DNA from: Sphingomicrobium sp.
GTDB lineage: Bacteria > Pseudomonadota > Alphaproteobacteria > Sphingomonadales > Sphingomonadaceae
NCBI GenBank assembly: GCA_036261735.1
Contig: DATAKH010000103.1
Location: 1 to 38,046, forward strand
Length of the DNA: 38,046 nt
Direction: 5' to 3'
Part shown: in pieces, positions 1 to 10,136 of the stretch
Numbering within the stretch: position 1 is the first letter of the stretch
Layout: the number at the start of each line of letters is the position of its first letter
Translations under genes and position numbers: made by a program
Notes under the pieces: generated by a model
Databases searched by the model: none
The model's input: only the letters and a program-made list of their open reading frames with translations
Told to the model about the DNA's origin: nothing

Positions 1-797
1 TGCCCCTCGCCCACGACGATGTCGGCGCCCATTTCGCCCGGGCTCCTGATCAGCCCCAGGGCGACCGGCTCGGTCACCACCGCGATCAGCAGCGCGCCCT
101 TGGCATGGGCTGCCTCGGCAATCGGCGACAGGTCGGCGATCCGGCCGAGGATGTCGGGATATTGGACGACCACCGCGCTGGTCTCGTCGTCGATCGCCGA
201 GATCAGCCGATCGGCGTCGGTGTCGGCGGAAAGCTGCGGGGTCGATGTTTCGAGCGTGTCGCCGGTGAAGCGCGCCATTGTCGTACAGACGCTGACGTAA
301 TGCGGATGAAGCCCGGTGGAGAGGATCGCCTTTTTCCGGCGCGTGATCCGCGCGGCCATCAGCACCGCTTCCCAGCAGGCGGTGGATCCGTCGTACATCG
401 ACGCGTTGGCGATGTCGCAGCCGTAGAGGCGCGCCACCTGGGTCTGGAATTCGAACAGGACCTGCAGCGTGCGCTGTGCGATTTCGGGCTGGTAAGGCGT
501 GTAGCTTGTCAGGAACTCGCCGCGCTGGATGATATGGTCGACGCTCGCCGGGACGTGATGACGGTAGGCGCCGCAACCGAGGAAGAAGGGCACGTCCCCC
601 GCGACCATGTTCTTTGCCGCCATCGCGTTCATCTGCCGCTCGACGGAAAGCTCCGAAGCGTGCAGCGTCAGCCCCTCGATCAGCCCGTCGAGCCGCGCCT
701 CTTGCGGAACATCGACGAACAGGTCGTCGATGGAACTGGCACCGACAGCCGCCAGCATCTGGCTGCGGTCGGAATCGCTGAGCGGCAGGTAACGCAT
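1..797 (-). CDS. gcvPA: Glycine dehydrogenase (decarboxylating) subunit 1; 5' part only, runs off the window edge
   Basis: Not in the ORF track. Reading the reverse complement from ATG at 797 gives [15 protein letters not shown]..., and later [14 protein letters not shown] and [15 protein letters not shown], which are GcvPA motifs. Lies downstream of gcvT-gcvH. Confidence 0.93.
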   Translation of the reverse strand, partial: MRYLPLSDSDRSQMLAAVGASSIDDLFVDVPQEARLDGLIEGLTLHASELSVERQMNAMAAKNMVAGDVPFFLGCGAYRHHVPASVDHIIQRGEFLTSYTPYQPEIAQRTLQVLFEFQTQVARLYGCDIANASMYDGSTACWEAVLMAARITRRKKAILSTGLHPHYVSVCTTMARFTGDTLETSTPQLSADTDADRLISAIDDETSAVVVQYPDILGRIADLSPIAEAAHAKGALLIAVVTEPVALGLIRSPGEMGADIVVGEG

Positions 798-1547
798 TCA
801 GGAAGGCTTTCTCATAATGAAGCGGAGTCGTACGTAATCGGCGGTGTTGGACGCGAGACGGTCAGCGACGGCGGCACCGATTTCTGTGCGCTCGTCGTCC
901 GGGACGCCGGCCCGGTCGAGCCAGCCGCGGCGGAAAGTGGTTACCCACGCAGCGATGCCGTGCTGGATCGGAGTGGGCCGGTCGATCAGCCGCGCATCGA
1001 TCTGGGTAAAGCCGGCGGCCTCGTAGATGTCGGCGAAGTCCTCGGCCGACGCATACCAGTTGGCCGCTTCGGACGGCGGCGCATAGCCGCGGATGACCAG
1101 CTCTTCGTCGAGCGCCTCGCGCAGTCGCGCGAGATTGCCCTCGCCCCCCATTTCACCCGCGAAGCGGCCGCCGAGACGGAGCGCGTTGAAAATCGCCTTG
1201 GCCACGCGATACCTGTCCAGCATCCAGTGAAGCGAGGCGTTGGAGAAAGCCGCGTCGAATTCGCGGTCAAACGCCATTTCGGCGGCGTCCATGACCTCGG
1301 CGAATACGCCGTTGGCTCGTGCCGCCTCGACCATCTCGGGCGAATTGTCGATGCCGACGACCTCCGCGCCGCGGTCGATTATCTTGAGCGACAAGGAGCC
1401 GTCCCCGCAACCCACGTCTAGGACCCGCTCGCCCGGTTTGGGGTCGAGCAAGTCGAGCGCGGCCTCGCCCAGCTCGGCGACGAAGCCGCCGACGCGGGCA
1501 TAGTCCGCTGCTACCCAGCGGCTGGTCGAGGCGGCAATCTGGGTCAG
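798..1547 (-). CDS. Class I SAM-dependent methyltransferase (Tam-like); start probably CTG at 1547
   Basis: C-terminal part of ORF 798..1886: motif [10 protein letters not shown], then GIDNSPEM and [12 protein letters not shown]. The upstream part of the ORF overlaps gcvH in another frame and looks spurious. Start position is inferred. Confidence 0.85.
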   Translation of the reverse strand: MTQIAASTSRWVAADYARVGGFVAELGEAALDLLDPKPGERVLDVGCGDGSLSLKIIDRGAEVVGIDNSPEMVEAARANGVFAEVMDAAEMAFDREFDAAFSNASLHWMLDRYRVAKAIFNALRLGGRFAGEMGGEGNLARLREALDEELVIRGYAPPSEAANWYASAEDFADIYEAAGFTQIDARLIDRPTPIQHGIAAWVTTFRRGWLDRAGVPDDERTEIGAAVADRLASNTADYVRLRFIMRKPS

Positions 1548-1915
1548 AGGGTCTTCACCCAGTCGCGATAGGCAGCTTCGTCCATCAGCCCGTCGAGCTC
1601 GCTGGTGTCGGAAAGCTTGATCTTGAAGAACCAGCCGCCGGCCTCGGCATCGCTGTTCACCAGCGCCGGGTCGTCGACAATTGCTTGGTTGCCCTCTGTC
1701 ACTTCGCCCGACACCGGCGAATAGACGTCGGAGGCAGCCTTCACCGATTCGACAACCGCGGCCTCCTGTCCCTTGGCCAGCTTCTTGCCGGCTTCGGGAA
1801 CCTCGGTGAAGACGATGTCGCCGAGCGCTTCCTGCGCGTGGTCGGTGATCCCGACCGTCGCGGTGTCTCCGTCGACTTGGATCCACTCGTGCTCGCGGGT
1901 GAAATAGGTCGTCAT
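1544..1915 (-). CDS. gcvH: Glycine cleavage system H protein
   Basis: [20 protein letters not shown] and lipoyl-Lys motif [13 protein letters not shown]; SD GGGAG upstream. Confidence 0.97.
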   Translation of the reverse strand: MTTYFTREHEWIQVDGDTATVGITDHAQEALGDIVFTEVPEAGKKLAKGQEAAVVESVKAASDVYSPVSGEVTEGNQAIVDDPALVNSDAEAGGWFFKIKLSDTSELDGLMDEAAYRDWVKTL

Positions 1916-1916
1916 C

Positions 1917-3110
1917 TTAAGCAGCTCCCTTGCGATGATAGCGGTGGGGGACGAACGGCATCGGCGCTACCGTGCCGTCGAACAGCTTGCCGCGCTGCTC
2001 GAGCTTGAGCTCGGTGCGGGGCTCGGCAAGATCGGTCGCGACATAGCCCATTGCGATCGGCCGCTGCAGCGAAGGCGAGAAGCCGCCGCTGGTGATCCGG
2101 CCGACCTCATTGCCCTCGCCATCGAGCACCAGCGCGCCCTCTCGGACCGGCTGGCGCCCTTCGACGTCGAAGCCGACTCGTTTCTGGATCGGCCCGTTTT
2201 CGATTTCCGAGAGGATCCGCGGCGCTCCCGGGAACCCGCCCTCGGCGCGCCGGCGCTTCTGGATCGCGAAAGTCAGCCCTGCCATTACCGGAGTCGTCTC
2301 CCGGTCGAGGTCGTGGCCGTAAAGCGGCAGTCCCGCTTCAAGCCGCAGCGAATCGCGAGCGCCGAGCCCGATCGGCTTGACTCGCTCGTCGGCCGTGAGC
2401 GCGTCGGCAAGCTGCTCGGCGGCGGCCGCTGGAATCGAAATCTCGAAACCGTCCTCGCCGGTATAGCCGGATCGGCTGATCCAGATGCTGTGTCCGAAGG
2501 CGTGGAAAGCGTTGCCTTCCATGAACGTAAGTTCGGTGACGCCGGGTATGATCGCTTCGAGCACGTCGACCGCCTTGGGTCCTTGCAACGCTAGCAACGC
2601 CTGGCCGGTCATGTGGTCGAGGTAGATAGTGTCGGGCAGCGCCTGCCGCATGACTTCGATGTCGCCATGCTTGGTGGCGCCGTTGACGACGAGGTAGAAT
2701 TCCTCGCCGCGCCGGGTCGCCATCAAATCGTCGATGATCCCGCCGCTGTCGTCGAGGAGCATCGAGTAGCGCAACTTACGGCCGGCAAGCCCCTTGAGTT
2801 CGCCCGGAAGCAGCGTTTCCAGCGCCGTGTCCACGTCGGGCCCGTGGATAAGCAGCTGGCCCATGTGGCTGACGTCGAACAGCCCGGCGTTCTCGCGCGT
2901 CCAGAGATGCTCGGCCATGATCCCTTCGAACTGGACGGGCATCCAGTAGCCGGCGAACTCGACCATCCGGCCGCCGCGGGCGCGATGCCATCCATCCAGC
3001 GCAAGCGGCAGCGGTTCGGGCGCCGGCTCGCCTTCGGGTGCACCGGTATAGGGCGTTCCCCGCGCCTCGTGGTGCTGGTCGGTCGGGCCGTTGTGGACTT
3101 CTCGGCTCAT
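1917..3110 (-). CDS. gcvT: Glycine cleavage system aminomethyltransferase T
   Basis: [41 protein letters not shown]; SD GGAGG at 3117-3121. Confidence 0.97.
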   Translation of the reverse strand: MSREVHNGPTDQHHEARGTPYTGAPEGEPAPEPLPLALDGWHRARGGRMVEFAGYWMPVQFEGIMAEHLWTRENAGLFDVSHMGQLLIHGPDVDTALETLLPGELKGLAGRKLRYSMLLDDSGGIIDDLMATRRGEEFYLVVNGATKHGDIEVMRQALPDTIYLDHMTGQALLALQGPKAVDVLEAIIPGVTELTFMEGNAFHAFGHSIWISRSGYTGEDGFEISIPAAAAEQLADALTADERVKPIGLGARDSLRLEAGLPLYGHDLDRETTPVMAGLTFAIQKRRRAEGGFPGAPRILSEIENGPIQKRVGFDVEGRQPVREGALVLDGEGNEVGRITSGGFSPSLQRPIAMGYVATDLAEPRTELKLEQRGKLFDGTVAPMPFVPHRYHRKGAA

Positions 3111-3162
3111 GTCTCGCCTCCGCGACAGTTTGGCAACGCGGCAGGCCGCCGTTTCGCCTCAC

Positions 3163-3344
3163 CCCCGTCTGTCGCTGCGCCTGAGAGCTTTGCCCCTTCG
3201 GCGGCTCCGGCCCGAAGACCGAGGCACTTTCCAGACTGTCAGGCGCGCGCGGTCCGTCTTGCCTGAGAGATTCCGGGGGCGGTTGCTCCTTCGGCGCCGC
3301 CAAATGCCTGAAACACTTGGCGAACTCTCCCGTGCGGCCTTCCG
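3163..3344 (-). ncRNA. Tandem glycine riboswitch
   Basis: Minus strand has two aptamers: GGGAGAG...CGCCGAAGGAGCAA...CTCTCAGG and CTGGAAAG...CGCCGAAGGGGCAAAGCTCTCAGG...ACAGACGGGG, directly upstream of gcvT. Confidence 0.93.
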
Positions 3345-3408
3345 GCGAACAGGCCGCCGGTGACGCCCGCAGCCTTGGCTGCGCGCAAGCCCCAAGTCAA
3401 CGCTGAGC

Positions 3409-4047
3409 TTAGCGGGTCGCGTTGTAGCGAAGCTGTTCCGGCGTCAGCTGGAAACCGATGAGGTGCTGAAAGCTCGCCCGCGCGACCGCCGCCCGGACTC
3501 CGGGGTCGCTCAGCGGATCGACCGCCGCGTCGGGATCGCTCTCCTTGCGCGGCCGAATCAGGATCTGTCGGACATTTTCGGGAAGAGTTGCCGCGGACCG
3601 CGCGATCCGCGCCGTCGCCTGCGCGGAAGTCTGGGCGCGGAAGCTGCCGGCCGGGAAGCTCAGGGCGACCTGGCCGATGCGCTTCGCAACCACGGTGTCG
3701 CCAGCCTGGACCACCGTATCGAAATAGGGAAGCAGGACCTGCCGTGCCTGGGACGCATCGCGGCGGGTCGCGACGACGTCGAACGTCGCCGTCGAAATCA
3801 CTTCAGCTCCGCTGTCCTGGCAATTCTCGCGAAGATTGGTGATTGCTGCCGCGACGTCGATCGCCGAGGAAGCGGTGCTTCCGGCCGGATCGAACAAGGT
3901 GATGTCGCCAGTTGCACCGGGGATCGCGACCTGCGGGCAGACGCTGCGCACGGTGTAGATCCCGCCTTCCTCGATAGTGCCGCTCCGGGTGCAGCCGGCG
4001 AGCAGGACGAGAACGATAGTCGAGGCGAGGCGAAGCTTCACAGGCAT
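3409..4047 (-). CDS. Hypothetical lipoprotein
   Basis: 212-aa ORF with a hydrophobic leader and lipobox LAGC; divergent from ispH. Confidence 0.8.
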   Translation of the reverse strand: MPVKLRLASTIVLVLLAGCTRSGTIEEGGIYTVRSVCPQVAIPGATGDITLFDPAGSTASSAIDVAAAITNLRENCQDSGAEVISTATFDVVATRRDASQARQVLLPYFDTVVQAGDTVVAKRIGQVALSFPAGSFRAQTSAQATARIARSAATLPENVRQILIRPRKESDPDAAVDPLSDPGVRAAVARASFQHLIGFQLTPEQLRYNATR

Positions 4048-4129
4048 TTCCTTGGGCGGTCGCAGGGACGACAGCTGTCATAGGAAGCGCCTTTCATTGC
4101 TGCAAGCGAGCGCTTACATCGCCGCGGCA

Positions 4130-5074
4130 ATGGCCAACCGCCCTCCCCTTCGAGTCCTGATCGCCGCCCCGCGCGGCTTTTGCGCTGGAGTCGACCGCGC
4201 GATCCAGATCGTCGAGCTCGCTCTCGAACGGTACGGTGCGCCCGTCTACGTTCGCCACGAAATCGTCCACAATCGCTTTGTCGTCGATCGTCTGAAGCAG
4301 CTTGGTGCGATCTTCGTCGATGAGCTCGACGAGGTTCCAGACGACCGCCCGGTCGTATTTTCGGCCCATGGCGTCCCGAAAGCGGTCCCGGCGGACGCCA
4401 GGGAGCGCGGCCTCACGTTCGTCGACGCAACCTGCCCGCTGGTCTCCAAGGTCCATCGCCAGGCGGAACGGCTGATCGAGGACGGTCTCCACATCCTCTT
4501 CATCGGCCATTCCGGACATCCCGAAGTCATCGGTACACTGGGCCAGGTCCCGGAAGGATCGATCACCCTCGTCGAAACCGTCGACGATGCTCTAGACGTC
4601 GCTGTCCCCGATGACGGACGGCTGGCGTTCCTGACGCAGACGACATTGTCCGTCGACGACACGGCGGCCATCGTCGAGGCTCTGAAGGCGCGCTTCCCGT
4701 CGATCCGGGCGCCGCGCAGCGAAGACATCTGCTACGCGACCTCGAACCGCCAGGCCGCGGTCAAGGCCGTTGCCCCGGAATGCGACAAGATGCTGGTGAT
4801 CGGCGCCCCCAACAGCAGCAATTCGCTCCGGCTCGCCGAGGTCGCCGAGCGGATCGACGTGCCCGCGCGGCTGATCGAGCGGGCTTCCAACATCGACTGG
4901 GACTGGCTTGGCCAGCCCACGACGCTTGGCATCACGGCCGGCGCGTCGGCGCCCGAAATCCTCGTCCGCGAAGTCATCGACGCGCTTCGGGAGCGCTTCG
5001 ATGTGACCGAAGTGCAGGCCGATCACACGCCGGAGCGGATCACCTTCAAGCTTCCGCGCGAACTCGTCGCCTGA
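4130..5074 (+). CDS. ispH: 4-hydroxy-3-methylbut-2-enyl diphosphate reductase
   Basis: [22 protein letters not shown] and [10 protein letters not shown] (three 4Fe-4S Cys), GITAGAS. Start trimmed to ATG 4130. Confidence 0.97.
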   Translation: MANRPPLRVLIAAPRGFCAGVDRAIQIVELALERYGAPVYVRHEIVHNRFVVDRLKQLGAIFVDELDEVPDDRPVVFSAHGVPKAVPADARERGLTFVDATCPLVSKVHRQAERLIEDGLHILFIGHSGHPEVIGTLGQVPEGSITLVETVDDALDVAVPDDGRLAFLTQTTLSVDDTAAIVEALKARFPSIRAPRSEDICYATSNRQAAVKAVAPECDKMLVIGAPNSSNSLRLAEVAERIDVPARLIERASNIDWDWLGQPTTLGITAGASAPEILVREVIDALRERFDVTEVQADHTPERITFKLPRELVA

Positions 5075-5521
5075 ATGGCCGAACCACCGCTCGTCGAAGT
5101 CTTCACCGATGGCGCGTGCCGGGGAAATCCGGGACCCGGCGGCTGGGCGGCGCTGCTCCGGACGGGGGCGAAGGAGCGCGAAATCAGCGGTGGCGAGCCC
5201 CTTACGACCAACAACAGGATGGAGCTGGTCGCGGCGATCGAGGCGCTCAATGCGCTCAAGAAACCGTGCCGGGTCGAGATCCACACCGACAGCAATTACG
5301 TGCGCGACGGGATCACCAAATGGATCCATGGCTGGCAGAGGAACGGCTGGCGAACCGCGGACAGGAAGCCGGTGAAGAACGCGGACCTGTGGCAGCAATT
5401 GCTGCAAGCCGAGGCGCGCCACTCGGTGAAGTGGCACTGGGTCAAGGGCCACAGCGGCCATCCGGAGAACGACCGGGTCGACTCGATCGCCTGCGACGAG
5501 GCGGACAAGCAGCGCGGCTAG
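5075..5521 (+). CDS. rnhA: Ribonuclease HI
   Basis: [41 protein letters not shown]; abuts the ispH stop. Confidence 0.97.
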   Translation: MAEPPLVEVFTDGACRGNPGPGGWAALLRTGAKEREISGGEPLTTNNRMELVAAIEALNALKKPCRVEIHTDSNYVRDGITKWIHGWQRNGWRTADRKPVKNADLWQQLLQAEARHSVKWHWVKGHSGHPENDRVDSIACDEADKQRG

Positions 5522-5583
5522 GCGGTTCAATTTCGCGGCAACCCTGATAGGATCGCCTCCGGGAACAAATGGGGGGAGATCCA

Positions 5584-5970
5584 ATGCCTGTAGAGCTTCA
5601 GCTTCTTGTCTGGTCGGCGGTACTTGCGCTGATCCAGGTGACGGTCGCTGCAATGGGCGCCCAGCAGCAGGTGAGCCTACCTGTGCTTGCCGGGAACCGC
5701 GAACAGATGCCGCCGCTCACGGGCTGGGCGATGCGAGCCAGCCGGGCGCATTCCAACTTGCTCGAAAGCCTGGTTGTGTTCGCGGTGTTCGTTCTCGTCG
5801 CCTACTCGACCGGGCGCTTGAACGCGATGACTGCGCTCGGCGCCAACCTGTTCTTCTGGGGCCGCGTTGCTTACGCGATCGTCTATGTGGCCGGCGTTCC
5901 CTGGCTTCGCACCCTGATCTGGGGCGTGTCGATTGCAGGCCTGCTTGTGATCCTTTCGCAGATATTGTGA
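5584..5970 (+). CDS. MAPEG family membrane protein
   Basis: Four hydrophobic segments; RASRAHSNLLE and GRVAY motifs; G-rich SD before ATG 5584. Confidence 0.85.
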   Translation: MPVELQLLVWSAVLALIQVTVAAMGAQQQVSLPVLAGNREQMPPLTGWAMRASRAHSNLLESLVVFAVFVLVAYSTGRLNAMTALGANLFFWGRVAYAIVYVAGVPWLRTLIWGVSIAGLLVILSQIL

Positions 5971-5974
5971 TCGC

Positions 5975-7066
5975 CTAGCGAAATCGCGCCGGCGCGAACG
6001 GCGCCGGATCGATCCGTGCAACAGCCGGCTCGGGGTCGGAGCCAAGAAGGATCGAGGCCGCCATTTTCGCCGCCGCCGGCGCGGTTTGAATTCCGAAGCC
6101 GCCCTGCCCCGCGCACCAGAAAAAGCCGCGGGCCGTCGGGTCGAACCCGTAAACCGGATTGCGGTCGGGGGCGAAGCTACGTAGCCCTGCCCACTTCCGT
6201 TCGACGGCTTCGACCGGCCAGTCGACCACCTTCTGGAATCGGTCGATGGCGATCGCGACATCCATTTCCTCCGGAGCAGCGTCGCACGGGTCGGTGTCGA
6301 TTTCGTCGTGCGGGCTAAGCCAGACGGTCCGGTCGCCTTCTCCCTTGAAATAAAAAGTGCCCTCCGCATCGTCGACCAGCGGCAGGTCGCGAAGGCCGCC
6401 CCTGCCGATCCGCAACTGCACCATCGTCCGCCGCTTCGGAGCAATGGCGAGCGGCTGCACACCGGCTGCGGCGGCAACCTCATCGGCCCACGCTCCGGCA
6501 GCATTGACGATTATCGCTGCCGTCACCGTGGAGCCGTCTTTGAGCCGCACCCGCCACAGCCCGTCGCGATATTGGGCCGATTCGAATCGGGCGTCGGTAC
6601 GAATTTCGCCGCCGCCGATGCGCAGTCGGCGGAGGTAGGCGGAATGCAAAGCGCCGACATCGATGTCCGCGCAGCCCGGCTCGAACAGCGCGCGTCTCCA
6701 CTCGGGACGGATTCCGGGCACCATCCGTTCGAGCTCGGAGCGCTCGACGATTCGCGATTCGATCCCCTGCGGTATGGCCGGCAGCTCGTCGCGGGTGACA
6801 TGAAGATCTCCGCGCGGACGCAGAAATCCTCGATCGGAGAAATCCTCCGGAGGCTGGGCAAGCAACGGGCGCGAGGCGGCGCTCAACCGGGCGACGACCG
6901 GGCCGCCGTAGCTCTCCAGCCAGAACGCCGCCGACCGGCCGGTGGAGTGGACTCCGCAGTGGCTCTCGCCCTCGATCAGAAGCACCGTGCGAGTCGGCGC
7001 GATCTCTGCGCCAAGGCTGGCACCGGCGATTCCGCCGCCGACGATCAGGACATCGAATTCGCTCAC
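5975..7066 (-). CDS. FAD-dependent oxidoreductase, D-amino-acid oxidase (DAO) family
   Basis: IVGGGIAG Rossmann motif, HSTGRSAA, NAAGAWAD, WAGLRSF, GQGGFGIQTAPA. Confidence 0.9.
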   Translation of the reverse strand: MSEFDVLIVGGGIAGASLGAEIAPTRTVLLIEGESHCGVHSTGRSAAFWLESYGGPVVARLSAASRPLLAQPPEDFSDRGFLRPRGDLHVTRDELPAIPQGIESRIVERSELERMVPGIRPEWRRALFEPGCADIDVGALHSAYLRRLRIGGGEIRTDARFESAQYRDGLWRVRLKDGSTVTAAIIVNAAGAWADEVAAAAGVQPLAIAPKRRTMVQLRIGRGGLRDLPLVDDAEGTFYFKGEGDRTVWLSPHDEIDTDPCDAAPEEMDVAIAIDRFQKVVDWPVEAVERKWAGLRSFAPDRNPVYGFDPTARGFFWCAGQGGFGIQTAPAAAKMAASILLGSDPEPAVARIDPAPFAPARFR

Positions 7067-7116
7067 AGCAGCCGTTGGTTACGGTTTCGAAAGCCGGGCC
7101 GTCTACCTGCACTGTC

Positions 7117-7590
7117 ATGATGAACGCTGGATTCACCCTGGGTTTGCTTGCGCTGCTTGCGCTGATCCTCGTCGTTGCGGCGATCGTTGACGCGCGCACG
7201 TTCACGATCTCGAATCGGCTGAACCTGGCAGTCGCGCTGCTAGCGCCGCTCTACTGGTGGTCGGTGGCCCTTCCGCTGTGGCCGGGAATCGCGATTCAGG
7301 TCGCGGTCGCGGCCGGAGTGTTCGTTCTGCTCGCGCTCGCCTTCTACGCGGGCATGATGGGCGGCGGCGACGTCAAGCTCGCGGCGGCCGTGGCGCTGTG
7401 GTTCTCGCCCGGCGAAACGCTCCGATTCCTGGTCTTCATGTCGGTCGCCGGCGGGGTGCTGACGGTGATCGTGCTGGTTCTCCACAGGCTTCGTTCGAAG
7501 GAAGGAAAGCCGGAGGTCCCGTACGGAATTGCGATCGCCGTCGGCGCTCTCGCGATTCTCGCCCAACGGTTTCTTAACCAATTTGCCTGA
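7117..7590 (+). CDS. cpaA: A24 prepilin peptidase (Flp/Tad)
   Basis: D..TFTISN, GGGDVKL and VPYGIAI motifs; first gene of the cpa cluster. Confidence 0.9.
   Translation: MMNAGFTLGLLALLALILVVAAIVDARTFTISNRLNLAVALLAPLYWWSVALPLWPGIAIQVAVAAGVFVLLALAFYAGMMGGGDVKLAAAVALWFSPGETLRFLVFMSVAGGVLTVIVLVLHRLRSKEGKPEVPYGIAIAVGALAILAQRFLNQFA
7563..7580 (+). promoter_or_regulatory. Candidate CtrA box upstream of cpaB
   Basis: CCAA-CGGTTTC-TTAACCA against consensus TTAA-N7-TTAAC, with two mismatches in the left half. Confidence 0.45.
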
Positions 7591-7634
7591 TGTCTAGGGC
7601 CATTCAAGGGGGCCCGTAGGGGAGCGTTTTCGCC

Positions 7635-8642
7635 ATGGACTTTAAGAAGATCGTGCTTCTCGTCGGAGCGCTCATGGTCGCGGCAGTGACCGCCATCATG
7701 GCCAAGAACATGTTTGCCGGTGCGGGCGCAACAACCGCCGCAGCAGCACCGGTACCGCAAGGGCCAAAGGTGCTCGTCGCGAAAAAGCCCCTCACAGTGG
7801 GAACCATCATCGACGCGACGATGGTCGGCTTTGAAGTGTGGCCGCAGGATTCGGTCCAGCCGGCTTATTACCAGCAGGGTGCCCCGGACGCCGATCCGAG
7901 CAAGCTGTTCGGTACCGTCGTTCGATATCCGATTTCCGCAGGCCAGCCGCTCAGCCGCGGCGCCTTGGTCAGTCCGCAGGATCGCGGCTTCCTCGCCGCT
8001 GCGCTTGGGCCGGGCATGCGTGCAGTCACGGTTCCGGTCAACGCCTCGAGCGGCCTCGCCGGCTTCGTTTTCCCGGGCGACCGGGTCGACTTGGTGCTTA
8101 GCCAGGAAGTCCGGGGCGGCGGCGACGGAGAACCGCTGCGTGTCTCCGAGACGATCGTCCGCAACCTGCGGGTGCTCGCCACCGACCAGCGCTACACCGA
8201 CAAGGACGAGGACGGAAAGCCGGTCATCAAGGCCGCGACGAACGTCACTCTCGAAGCCACGCCGCGCATCGCCGAGAAGATCGCCGTCGCGCAGTCGATG
8301 GGCAAGTTGTCGCTGTCGCTCCGCTCCATTGCCGACCAGTCGTCGGAGCTTTCGCGGGCCGTTGCCTCGGGCGATATCAAAGTCCCCGAGGGCACCGATC
8401 CCGCGGACGAGCGCCGTCTTCTGAGCGCCTTTGCCAACCGTCCGATCGACAGCAACACGACCTATACGACGGGTGGTGACGTGTCGCGCTTCCAGCGCCG
8501 TTCCGTCCCCGGCTCGGCTCCGTCCGCTTCGGGCTCGGCCGCGCCGGGCGCCGCACCGGGCGTGGCCGCAGTCCCGACCGGTCCGGTCGTGCGCGTCGCT
8601 CGCGGCAATGAAATTTCCGTCGTCCCCGTGGGAGCTCGCTAA
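7635..8642 (+). CDS. cpaB: Flp pilus assembly protein CpaB
   Basis: SAF-like region; PGMRAVTVPV, GFVFPGDRVDLVL, RVLATDQ and LSLSLRS motifs. Confidence 0.93.
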   Translation: MDFKKIVLLVGALMVAAVTAIMAKNMFAGAGATTAAAAPVPQGPKVLVAKKPLTVGTIIDATMVGFEVWPQDSVQPAYYQQGAPDADPSKLFGTVVRYPISAGQPLSRGALVSPQDRGFLAAALGPGMRAVTVPVNASSGLAGFVFPGDRVDLVLSQEVRGGGDGEPLRVSETIVRNLRVLATDQRYTDKDEDGKPVIKAATNVTLEATPRIAEKIAVAQSMGKLSLSLRSIADQSSELSRAVASGDIKVPEGTDPADERRLLSAFANRPIDSNTTYTTGGDVSRFQRRSVPGSAPSASGSAAPGAAPGVAAVPTGPVVRVARGNEISVVPVGAR

Positions 8643-8643
8643 A

Positions 8644-10113
8644 ATGACCACAGTTCGAATCATGCGCCGAGCCCGGCTCGGTACCGCCCTCGCCGCCCTC
8701 GCCTTTGCCGCTCCCGCGGTAATGGCACCGGTGGCCCCGGCGGCCGCCCAGGGCGTCGAGTCCAGCTACAAGCCGACCCGACAGCTGGTGCTGTCGACCG
8801 GCGAGGGCCAGATGATTACGGTTTCGAAGAACGTCGCCAACGTGTGGACGTCGAACCCGGAGGTCGCGGACGTCTACGTAAACTCGCGCCGCCAGCTCAA
8901 CGTCTTCGGCAAGAAGAGCGGTGAAGCAACGGTGATCGCGACGGCGGCGGACGGGTCCGTTGTCTACGGAGCGAACGTTCGGGTTAGCCAGAACCTCAGT
9001 TCCGTTGACGAGGTCCTTCGCGCGGCAATGCCAGGCACCAACATCACCGTCACGCCCGTCGGTCAGGTCGCGGTCATGAACGGGACCGTCAGCTCGCCCG
9101 AAGAGGCTGCCGCTGCGCAGGCGATCGTCACCTCGCTTCTCAATCCCGGCAAGAAAGAGGGCGACGCTCTCGACATCATGCCGATCAACCGGCTGCGCAC
9201 GGCTACTCCCCTCCAGGTCACCCTGAAGGTCCGGATTGCCGAGGTCAGCCGCGACCTTCTCAAGCAGGTCGGCGTCAATCTCTTCGCCAGCGATCCGACG
9301 AACGGCTTCAAGTTCGGGATCAACCAGGGCGCAGGAACCATTCCCTCGGAAGGGGGACCCTTCACCGTTGACAATATCCTCGGTGCGGGCACCTCGATCG
9401 GCGCTGCCGGAAAGCTGTTCGGGCTCGATATCCTGAGCTCGCTCGACCTCGCCGAAACCGATGGCCTGGTGACGACCCTTGCCGAGCCGAACCTAACAGC
9501 GCTTTCGGGCGAGACGGCGAGCTTCCTTGCCGGCGGTGAGTTCCCGATCCCGATTTCGCAGGGCAACGAGTCCGTTACCGTCGAATATAAGCAATATGGC
9601 GTCTCGCTCGCCTTCACTCCGATCGTTCTCGGCAACGGCCGCATTTCGATGCGCGTCCGGCCGGAGGTCAGCGAGCTGTCGGATGCCGGCTCGGTGCGGC
9701 TGGGCGGGTTCACCGTCCCTGCTCTCACCACCCGGCGCGCCGAAACGACGGTCGAGCTGGGATCGGGCCAGAGCTTCATGCTCGCCGGCCTGCTTCGCAA
9801 CTCGAACACCAACAGCGTCGACAAGGCGCCCTTCCTGGGTGACCTTCCGATCCTCGGAGCGCTTTTCCGCTCGACGAAGTACCGGCGCCAGGAAAGCGAG
9901 CTGGTGATCGTCGTGACCCCGTACCTCGTGCGGCCGGTCAGCGGGCGCATGGCACTGCCGACTGACGGCTACCGAGCGCCCACCGACGCCGACCGCGTCT
10001 TCCTGGGACAGACCTACACCGGCCAGAGCGGCCCGGCACCGGCCATTGTGGCACCGGCACCTGGCGTGGGCGGGACCGCGGCGGCCTCCGCTGCTCCCGG
10101 CTTCAAGCTGTGA
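8644..10113 (+). CDS. cpaC: Tad pilus secretin CpaC/RcpA
   Basis: LAEPNLTALSGETASFLAGGEFPIP, LGDLPILGALFRS, ELVIVVTPY; signal peptide after ATG 8644. Confidence 0.95.
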   Translation: MTTVRIMRRARLGTALAALAFAAPAVMAPVAPAAAQGVESSYKPTRQLVLSTGEGQMITVSKNVANVWTSNPEVADVYVNSRRQLNVFGKKSGEATVIATAADGSVVYGANVRVSQNLSSVDEVLRAAMPGTNITVTPVGQVAVMNGTVSSPEEAAAAQAIVTSLLNPGKKEGDALDIMPINRLRTATPLQVTLKVRIAEVSRDLLKQVGVNLFASDPTNGFKFGINQGAGTIPSEGGPFTVDNILGAGTSIGAAGKLFGLDILSSLDLAETDGLVTTLAEPNLTALSGETASFLAGGEFPIPISQGNESVTVEYKQYGVSLAFTPIVLGNGRISMRVRPEVSELSDAGSVRLGGFTVPALTTRRAETTVELGSGQSFMLAGLLRNSNTNSVDKAPFLGDLPILGALFRSTKYRRQESELVIVVTPYLVRPVSGRMALPTDGYRAPTDADRVFLGQTYTGQSGPAPAIVAPAPGVGGTAAASAAPGFKL

Positions 10114-10136
10114 ATCGGGCGATTGGAAAGGATTTG

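Noticed and set aside
105-1421. 438-aa plus-strand ORF, and similar long antisense ORFs such as 7344..8663, 11623..13176 and 35216..36670
   Set aside because: They lie opposite well-supported genes and have no domain signatures.
1548-1886. Arg-rich N-terminal extension of the methyltransferase ORF
   Set aside because: Alternative frame of gcvH with typical off-frame composition.
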